A stretch of 64,000 nt of DNA from Hyaloraphidium curvatum SAG 235-1 (lineage: Eukaryota > Fungi > Monoblepharomycota), in assembly GCA_025558095.1 (NCBI GenBank), contig JAIVFI010000002.1, forward strand, positions 930,001 to 994,000, in the 5' to 3' direction. Positions 56,290 through 64,000 of the stretch are shown piece by piece. Under the pieces are notes generated by a model. It had not been told where the DNA came from and did no database searches. It was given only the letters and a program-made list of their open reading frames with translations. How positions within the stretch are numbered: position 1 is the stretch's first letter; each line of letters begins with the position of its first letter. The translations under genes were made by a program, and so were the position numbers.

Positions 56290-57232
56290 TCATCCGAACA
56301 TGGACTGACTGATCAGAACCAACCATCCGAGTCCAAAGTAGAAGAGGACCATGGGGTAGACCGCGAGCGCCCTGCGCTTCTCGAGGCGGACATCGCCGAG
56401 AAAACCAACCGAAGCTGTCGACGAGCATAAGTACGGCGGGATCGCAGGCAGTTTCCAACGAAAGAGCCCCACCGTAGGCGGCCCAGAAGAACGCGATGCC
56501 GACAATGACGCCGCGGATAATGATACTGGGGAGGAAGAGGGAGAAGAGAGAGGCGATAACGAGGGGGAAGATGCAGTAGCCGAGGACGCAGACGGATTGG
56601 AAGAAGGAGCTATACGCCAGGGGAGTCAAGAGTCAACAGATTGCACGACCGAGCGAAGGCCCGCGAACCAACATTCGGCCCCCGAGGAGCTGGGAATTGA
56701 GCGTGACCACGGCCGCGCCGCACCACACGATCACGAAGATGCTGGTGAAAACGAGAGCGGACTGGTCCTCAGGCGCCGTGACTCCCAGCCGTCTGCGGTG
56801 TTCGCGTCAGCGACAGCCAACCCCGGCCGAACCCGGGAAACCAACATTGCCAGTGTCAGGCAAAGCAGCAGCGGCCCCCACAAATCCCAATCCCGCAGGA
56901 TGTTTGACCGCTCCTTTGTCGGCCAGAGCACCTGGCGCATCTTGTTCCAGACGTTGGTCAGGTCCCGCATCTGCCGCCCCGGATCAGCACATGCCACGCC
57001 GCCGATTCGAGCACATTGATCCCACGATTGTCGTAGATACGGGTTCGTCCAGCGTGTCCAGGTCCGAGCGCACGACGCGCGAGGTCGAAGGGTCGTTCAT
57101 TGAGCCCGAAACGCCGATTGCGGCATGGCTGCCCGTGGACAGGCTCAGGTCGTCCGGCCGCAGCGGCGACGACGTCGCCAGCGGCTGTATCAGCGGCGCA
57201 CTGTCGCCCGGCATGGAGCCGTAGCCCGCCAT
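56290..57232 (-). CDS. YIP4: Yip1-domain protein (YIP4/YIPF6)
   Basis: DTLDEPVSTTI|MRDL, LRDWDLWGPLLLCL.LA, SFFQSVCVLGYCIFPL, RRALAVYP..LFY. Confidence 0.9.
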
Positions 57233-57492
57233 GGTCAGCCGGCTGTGAGGACGCAGCAAGGGACTGTAACTTCCCACTAGTCGCGCTTCCCACGACGACT
57301 GCCGGAGCCTAACTGCTGGAGACTGGATATGCGGTGGACTCTGCATCGTTAGACATCTCAACGGACAGCGGTGTCTCTGGGAGAAACCACGGCATCGTGT
57401 GACCCAAGTGACCCAGGCTTGCGTGTGACCTGCGCAGTCGTGGAGGAAGCTCTTGTCTCGGTTCCGAGGTCGTTTGCTCCATTTGCTCCACG

Positions 57493-59589
57493 ATGTCGGT
57501 ACCGCCGCGACTTATTGCGCCACCGCCGGTCGACGGCCGCGAGGCGGACTATGGTCCCGACGAACGCGGTGAGCTGCTGATGCACGTCTCGTCGACCCTG
57601 GCGCTTCAGCGCACGGAACTCTCTTCCTGGTACACGGAGGACGACGAGCCGCGGCCGCCGGGGCTGCTCTTTGAGGCTCTGGGCAGCAGCAGCACCCAGG
57701 ACCCGCCGTGCGTCAAAGACTTCGACGCTTTCGCGAAACGGACCGTGGGAGCGATCTGCGATGGCGTTGGGGCAGATTCCACCGAACGCCGGCGTGCTCT
57801 CGATTCTGTGATCCGCTTCCAACCCTTTGACGTTTCTGGGGGCTCTGTCCTTCGGCCTTTGGACGAGGCGCACAAGAAGCACTTGTTGTCGTCGGTGCTC
57901 CTTGTTCTGCTCCTGACGGGCCGCTACGATGCGCGTGCGCGGGTCATGCTGCGTCGCCTCGCGGCTGCTATAGGCTCGGACCAAGGCATCGATGCTGCGG
58001 AGCGGTCCGTTGCGGCAGCTTTGGTGGACAACAGCAGGCTCGGCGACCCCGAAGCGGCCAAAGCACCCCTGGCCGAAATGGCGAGGAAAAACAAGCTCGC
58101 GCGGGTTTTCGGTGTCGGAGCTGCCACCGTTGCGGGCGGCCTGCTCATTGGCCTTACGGGAGGTCTCGCTGCTCCTCTGATCGGGGCCGGCTTGGCGGCT
58201 GCTGCTGGAGCCATCGGCCTCGGCGGGACTGCGCTCGCGGCAGGCATTGCAGCCGTAGCCGGAAACGCGGCTTTGATTGGCTCCATCTTTGGCTCGTATG
58301 GTGCAGCGGTGTCTAGCGAGGCCGTGGCCAACCGGATGAAGGACGTCGAGGATTTTGCCATTGTCGACTTATCTGGCGCAAAGCCCGGCGAGAGCAACAA
58401 GGACGAGGAGGAGCGTCCGGCAGCCAGAGCCTTGCACGCCACCATCTGCGTGTCGGGTTGGCTCATGGAGCCGGGCGACGCTGTGGATCCATGGCGTGTG
58501 CTCGGAGACACCGAAGGCGATGTTTTTGCCCTCCGTTGGGAGGAAAAGGCGCTCATGGATGTCGGCGCCGGCTTGGCGGGAATCGTCAAGCGTCTGGGGG
58601 GAAGAATGGTTGTGACCCAGGTGCTCCAGCAGACGGCGCTTGCGACGTTGACCATGGCTTTGTGGCCTCTCGCGCTCCTCAATGCCGGTTCGCTGATCGA
58701 CAATCCCTGGTTGAACGGCATGAGCCTCGCAGAGAAGGCGGGCAAAGTCCTGGCCGAGGTGCTCCTTGCTCGTGCTCAGGGGCAGCGGCCTGTCTCGCTA
58801 GTGGGCGCGAGTCTCGGTGCAACCGTCGTCTTCGAATGCCTCCTTGAGCTGGACCGCCGTGGCGGGTTCGGAATTGTGGAAAATGCCTTCTTGCTTGGTG
58901 CCCCAGTATCCTCGGCTCCGGAGCGTTGGATGCGCGCACGGCGCGTCGTCGCTGGGCGCATGGTGAACGCCTACTCCAAGAACGATTGGGTCTTGGCCTT
59001 CTGTTACCGAACTTTGAACTTCAAGCTCGGTGTGGCCGGACTCGGACCCGTTGCTGGCGTCGAGGGGGTCGAGAATGTGGATCTGAGTGCGGACGTGACG
59101 GCGCACACCGTTTACCGCTTTCCCGGGCTGCTGTTGCGTCAGTGCGGGTTCGGTTCCCTCGTGGAGGACGAGGTGCAGCACCAGAAGCTCGAGGCGAAAG
59201 AAGAGATGGAGGCCGAGGAAGCGCTCCGGATCCAGGAGCTCGAGCTGGAAGGGACGCTCGAGGGCGATGTGGCCTACTCGAACCTGCAGAGGCCGAACCC
59301 AGGGGAGCCGCTGCCACCGTGGATGGAGGAGCCCGGCAGCCGGAGGAACTCTTTCAATCTCGATGACCCTTGGCTAAGCCCGCACATTACCCCCGTGACC
59401 CCGAACTCGGGCAATTCGGAGGTGGTGTTCGAGGCCGGCGACGACGCTTTTGGCGAGACGAGCCCGATTGAGCTCTTCCCGCCGCCACCGCCATACTCTG
59501 AGGTTCCGAACGGGGAAGTGCAACTAAGGACGCCAGACTCATCCGCAGCAAAAGGGGCGAAGGAAGATATCGGGCAAGCATCTAGATGA
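57493..59589 (+). CDS. DUF726/TMCO4-family alpha/beta-hydrolase-like membrane protein
   Basis: GRYDARARV, GGLLIGLTGGLAAPLI, LIDNPW, QGQRPVSLVGASLGA, VVAGRMVNAYS.NDWVL. Confidence 0.9.
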   Translation: MSVPPRLIAPPPVDGREADYGPDERGELLMHVSSTLALQRTELSSWYTEDDEPRPPGLLFEALGSSSTQDPPCVKDFDAFAKRTVGAICDGVGADSTERRRALDSVIRFQPFDVSGGSVLRPLDEAHKKHLLSSVLLVLLLTGRYDARARVMLRRLAAAIGSDQGIDAAERSVAAALVDNSRLGDPEAAKAPLAEMARKNKLARVFGVGAATVAGGLLIGLTGGLAAPLIGAGLAAAAGAIGLGGTALAAGIAAVAGNAALIGSIFGSYGAAVSSEAVANRMKDVEDFAIVDLSGAKPGESNKDEEERPAARALHATICVSGWLMEPGDAVDPWRVLGDTEGDVFALRWEEKALMDVGAGLAGIVKRLGGRMVVTQVLQQTALATLTMALWPLALLNAGSLIDNPWLNGMSLAEKAGKVLAEVLLARAQGQRPVSLVGASLGATVVFECLLELDRRGGFGIVENAFLLGAPVSSAPERWMRARRVVAGRMVNAYSKNDWVLAFCYRTLNFKLGVAGLGPVAGVEGVENVDLSADVTAHTVYRFPGLLLRQCGFGSLVEDEVQHQKLEAKEEMEAEEALRIQELELEGTLEGDVAYSNLQRPNPGEPLPPWMEEPGSRRNSFNLDDPWLSPHITPVTPNSGNSEVVFEAGDDAFGETSPIELFPPPPPYSEVPNGEVQLRTPDSSAAKGAKEDIGQASR

Positions 59590-59699
59590 ATTGATGTGAT
59601 TGTTCTTCTGATGATGAATGATTTGTTCTGCTCATTGTTTCCACGAGGCGCCCATCTTCGACCACTTTCCGACGGCGTTGCGCTGTCACTCATCCCGCA

Positions 59700-60118
59700 A
59701 TGACCGCGTCTTCCCGCTACGACCCTCCCGACTCGGATCTCGAAGAGTCCCCGGTGCCCGAGAATGAGCAGTGCATGGCGCTGATGTCGTGCTACCCCGG
59801 TGCCCGCCGCGTGCCTTGCTTGCCTCCGCGAGATTCCCGGCGGCAACTGTTCGTTCTGCGGCAAACTGCTCTACGACAAGGACCACATGTGCTTCCAATG
59901 CGGCGCGCCGCTCTGCTCCGACCACGGAGGTGGCACGCCGGACTGTTCGCAACACGGCGTGATCCCAACGCACCGGCCCCTATGCCGCGAAATTTCCAAC
60001 GTGATCGAAGCCTTGCAGAAGGAGCGTCAAGGTGTCGTCGGGGACAGCGCATCTGCCGTGGCTCTCCGCAAGGAAATCAAAGCGATTGTCAAGGAGCTCA
60101 CGGAGAACTACCTTTGAC
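59700..60118 (+). CDS. Small Cys/His-rich (B-box-like) protein; 5' structure unresolved
   Basis: CSFCGK...MCFQCGAPLCSDH...CSQH followed by a helical tail; the link to the upstream ATG is unclear. Confidence 0.45.
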
Positions 60119-60559
60119 TTTTGAAAACGCAGAAGCGCTTCGCTGCAATCGGTTATACACACCGGAGGATGGGTCGCACGGCTTCGAGGTGCCCACAGGC
60201 GGAAGCCGGACCGATCGCTGAGTCACCGGTGGTAACAGGAACGCCTACCGCCTAAGCTGTGACAAGAGACTCCAAAAGTGGAGAAAAATGCGTGGGACTC
60301 GCGGGATGTATAACTGGCTAATGCATACAACGCGAATGCGGTGAACCTGTGCCGCACCACACCTCCCAAGTCCACAGCTCCCGTCTACGGCGACAAAACG
60401 AGCCAGCACCAAGCTAGATCCCCGAGGCAAAGAAGCGGCGAAACCGCTCCCAGGTCCCGAGACGGCGAACCGGCGGCTGCGACGCTCTGTATTCGCCGCA
60501 GCACCAGGTCCGATCGCCAGGAACCTGCATGCGCCATCCGGCGGCATGCCTGCCCGATG

Positions 60560-60632
60560 AATCCTCACGGCGATCAGCATCGCGGCCTCATCCGAAGATG
60601 TTTGCGGCCGCGGCTTCATGGTGCAGCTTGGT
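60560..60632 (-). promoter_or_regulatory. SECIS element (form 2) in the 3' UTR of selenophosphate synthetase
   Basis: AUGAA-GCCGCGGCC-GC-AAA-CAUC-UUCG-GAUG-A-GGCCGCG(AU)GC-UGAU: AUGA/GA quartet, GC-rich helix II, unpaired AAA, apical mini-helix; AUGA core ~55 nt after the stop. Confidence 0.9.
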
Positions 60633-60673
60633 CCGGCCCCTTCTGTCGCGTGAACGAAGATGGATATCCTGTT

Positions 60674-62002
60674 CTAGAGATTCGACGACAGGAACTTGTC
60701 GTCCAACGTTCGGTACGGGCACTCCACCACCTGAAGTCCCTCCTCTGGCGTAAGAATCCTGGCTGTCCGTGCTCTTGCCGGATCGGAAGCTTCCACGACG
60801 TCGCCCACAATCCAGCACGGCCAACCTTCAATCTGCTCAATCTCCTTCTTGAAGGCGGCCGCGCGGTCGCGCGGGAGCGTAAACAAAAGTCCACCACTGG
60901 TTTCCGCGCTTCTGCCCAGCAGAAGCCTGTACGGCACCCTCGCGTCCACCAGCTGCGTCTTCGCTATCACTGGCAAAGTGTGGAGGACAAACTCGACCGG
61001 CAGGGTCTGGTTGGACGCCAAATTGCCCGCGTGGCCGAGGATACCGAAACCCGTGACGTCCGTCGCCGCCCGCGCACCGTACTTGCGCATGAGTTCAGCG
61101 CCGACCTTGTTCAGCCGGGACATTGAGAGGATGCTCGTCTCGTACGCCAGCCGGGCCTCTTCCCGCGTGATCACGTCCTCGACGCGGCCAAACTTTGCGG
61201 CGGATTCGGGACCATGGAGCCAGACATTCAGGTTGGAGCAGACCTGCGTGCCGAGAGGTTTGGTGAGGATGAGGACGTCGCCGGGTTGAGCACCGGTTGG
61301 TCTGGGGAGCATGTTAGCATCGAATGGCGGGCCGCCGGCATCAGTGCCCACTTGATGATTTCCTGGTCACGGGCGACCGTGGAAGCGACACCGCCGACGA
61401 TGAACCCTACGAGTGGTTGGCGCGGTCAGACTCGGTTGTCATGTTCGCTTGTCAGACAACCCACAAGGGCTCATGACCGATTGACCGCCCGTGACTTTGG
61501 TGCCGGCTCGCTGAGCTTGGACGCCAAAGCCCTTCATCATGAGCTCCGTGGCCCGCCAGCGGTCCGAGTCTGGCATGGCCTTGTCCCGGCAAACTCCGAG
61601 GATCATGAGCATGTTGTCGCAGTCCGGAAGGCCCATCGCGTAGATATCGGAGAGCACGTTGGCGCACGCCACCATTCCCTGCCAGAAGGGCGAATCGATG
61701 TTGGGGTAGAAGAAGTCCGTCGTCTGGACGAGTGCGAGGTCGGGGAAACGCGGAAGAGGGGTAATGGACGAGTCCATGAGGAGCAGCGGGGCGGCCGCCT
61801 CCGCGGTCTTCCCCGATGCGTCGGCAGCAAGGGCGCCTGCCGACGCGGCCGGCCCGTTCAGGGCCTCCAGCAGGCGGTACAGATCCGCCTGCTGGACCTT
61901 GCAGCCTCAGCCCTTGAGCTCGGCCCACTCCACGAGCCGGAACCCGCGCGTCATGCCCTCGCGTTCCGCATCAAAGCGCAGCGGGTGCTCCGTGTGCCAC
62001 AT
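60674..62002 (-). CDS. SEPHS2: Selenophosphate synthetase (SelD/SPS2), selenoprotein with Sec at codon 32
   Basis: FRLVEWAELKG-TGA-GCKVQQ (TGA at 61909-61907), LVQTTDFFYP, ANVLSDIYAMG, GGQSVMSP|WFIVGGVA, GDVLILTKPLGTQ, ATDVTGFGILGH, ETSGGLL; introns 61407-61464 and 61302-61351. Confidence 0.95.
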
Positions 62003-62098
62003 CGTTGCAACTGTCAGGCGGCACCGCCCGCCGCGCTGCCGCGCTTCCAACCCCTTGACACGGAGCATCCGCGTCCCTCCTCGGCGAGCGGCGACGCG

Positions 62099-64000
62099 AT
62101 GTCTGCGCTATCATCTCCCGAAGAAACAGAAGCGCCACTGGTGGAGCGGTGCTCGGTATCGCCGGCGCCGCCGAGCCCCGTGCCGACGGAGGATGCCGTC
62201 CGGAACGCCGAAGTCTTGAAACTCATAAGAACTTTCTTCCGCATGCCGCTGCGGAGTGACAGCGAGGAGGACTTCTTTGCACTGGGCCGGCACATCGTTC
62301 GGACGCTGCGGAAGTACATGAACTGCGACCGTGCCTCCCTCCTCATCGCGGACACCGAGTCCGGCATCTTCAAGCCCACCTTCTGGGACTGGAACGGCCT
62401 CGAAGTGCCGGCGATACAGAAGCTGCACGAGGCAGAAATCAGGGAGCTGGCGTTGCCGCTTCGTAAGGGCATCGCTGGAGATGCCCTGTCGAAGAACGCG
62501 ATACAGGTCTGCGACGACGCGCAGGAGGATCCCCGGTTCTTCAAGGAGGTGGACATCCGGTTCCAGTACAAGATCCGCTCCATCATGTCGGTCCCTCTTG
62601 GTTCGGTGGCGGTATTGAACCTATACAACAAGCTCTGCCCGGATACGGGAGACATTCTCATCTTCTCTGCTGACGACCGAGAGGTGATCGGAGTGAGTAC
62701 ACCGCAACAGGCGGACCACGGAATACACGGCAGAAACTAATTCCCGTGTGTCGCAGACCTTCCGCGACCTCCTTGGTGTGCTCCTCGAAAGGGCCGTCCT
62801 GCAGCGCCAGGTGGCGCAAACGGAGATGAAGCTCAAGATTACTCTGGACGTTTTGTCCTACCGAATCGGAGTATCGGACGCGTTGATCGCCTCCTTCATC
62901 AAGGACTGGACTCCGTACGTCGAGCAGGATCCGCACCCGATCGACGATTACGCCTGGGACCCGCAGCACCGCGACGACGACGAGTGCGTCGCGGCGTTCG
63001 TGCGGATGGTCTACTCCCTGGGCTACGTGGAGAAGTTCAAGATCTCTCACGAGAAGCTCGTGCGGTTCGGGCTCACGGTGGCCCGCAACTACCGCGAGAA
63101 GTCGGACGTACAGTACCACAACCTCGGACATGCCACCGCCGTAACGCACGGCATGTACATGCTCGCCAAACGCTACGGCCTGAGGAAGCTGTTTAAGGAC
63201 GACTTGGAAGTCTTTTCGCTTGTGCTCGCTTGCTTCTGCCACGACTTGGATCACCGGGGGCTTTCAAACGCGTACCTCAAAACAACAAACAGCTTTCTCT
63301 CGGGTTATTTCAGCCACTCCATCATGTAAGTCCGCTTCCCCTGTTTTCGCGGCGCGAATTCGAAGGGTGCCTAATCGCGCTACCTTGGCTCGGTCCTTTC
63401 TTTCCTACCACAGGGAAGAGCATCATGCGAACTTTGCGGTCTCAATTCGTTGGGTTGCTGCACTTTGCACCCGCCTCTACATGCTAAACCGCGCGCTCCG
63501 ACAGTGACGGCGCCCGACTGCGACATCCTCGAGAACCTCTCCGTGGAAGACTTCAAGCACGTCCTCCACATGACGCGCGCCAACATAATCTCGACCGATC
63601 TGAGCGTCTTCTTTTCGCGCAAGGCGCAGTTGACGGAGCTCATCACGACCGGGACTCTCGACATCGACCATGACAAGCCTCAGGTGCGTTCCCGTCCGGA
63701 ACGAATCCTCTGTGCTCACTCTTGTCCTCACCCCAGCGGCGCATGATCCGGGGTCTTTTGATGAACTGCTGCGATCTGATGGCGATGACCAAGCCGTTCC
63801 TGACCGTCATCCGCGTCGTCGACGTCATCTTCAAGGAGTTCTTCACCGAAGGCGACAAGACCAAGAGCCAGGGCCTGGCGCCGAGCTCGGAGCTCATGGA
63901 CCGCGACAAGGAGCACGCGATCCCGAAGATGCAGGTCGGCTTCATGTCAGGTGTGGTGATCCCCGCGTACGAGCTCATGGCCAGCCCCAACGTCCTGCCG
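62099..64000 (+). CDS. GAF-domain class I cyclic nucleotide phosphodiesterase; runs off the window end
   Basis: GAF: CDRASL, KGIAG, DAQEDPRF..EVD....YKIRSIMSVP, LYNK. PDE: YHNLGHA, CFCHDLDHRG.SN, EEHH, IISTDL, CCDL, EFFTEGD, QVGF. Confidence 0.92.

Overview
GC-rich, gene-dense eukaryotic DNA with short (~45-95 nt) GT-AG introns and about 30 protein-coding genes. The mix of fungal genes (WC-1-type LOV protein, SVF1, ILV2) and animal-like features (Sec-type selenophosphate synthetase, GAF phosphodiesterase, ZZZ3-like protein) suggests an early-diverging, zoosporic-type fungus; this is an inference. Most genes are housekeeping. Four features stand out. (1) An ~8.2-kb multi-intron gene (15320-23535, ~2,500 aa) appears to fuse an N-terminal FEN1/XPG-type 5' nuclease with an intact acidic active site to a C-terminal Fanzor/TnpB-like module (WED, RuvC, Zn finger). 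Its RuvC-III Asp is replaced by Asn, and a structured omega-RNA-like segment follows the stop, so it is a candidate RNA-guided flap-nuclease system. (2) A selenophosphate synthetase has an in-frame UGA (GUGCK) and a clear SECIS in its 3' UTR. (3) An ODC antizyme has a UCC-UGA +1 frameshift site and a candidate pseudoknot. (4) The last intron of FUR1 is a tandem duplicate of its last exon. All family calls are by-eye motif recognition, and exon boundaries were inferred by hand.
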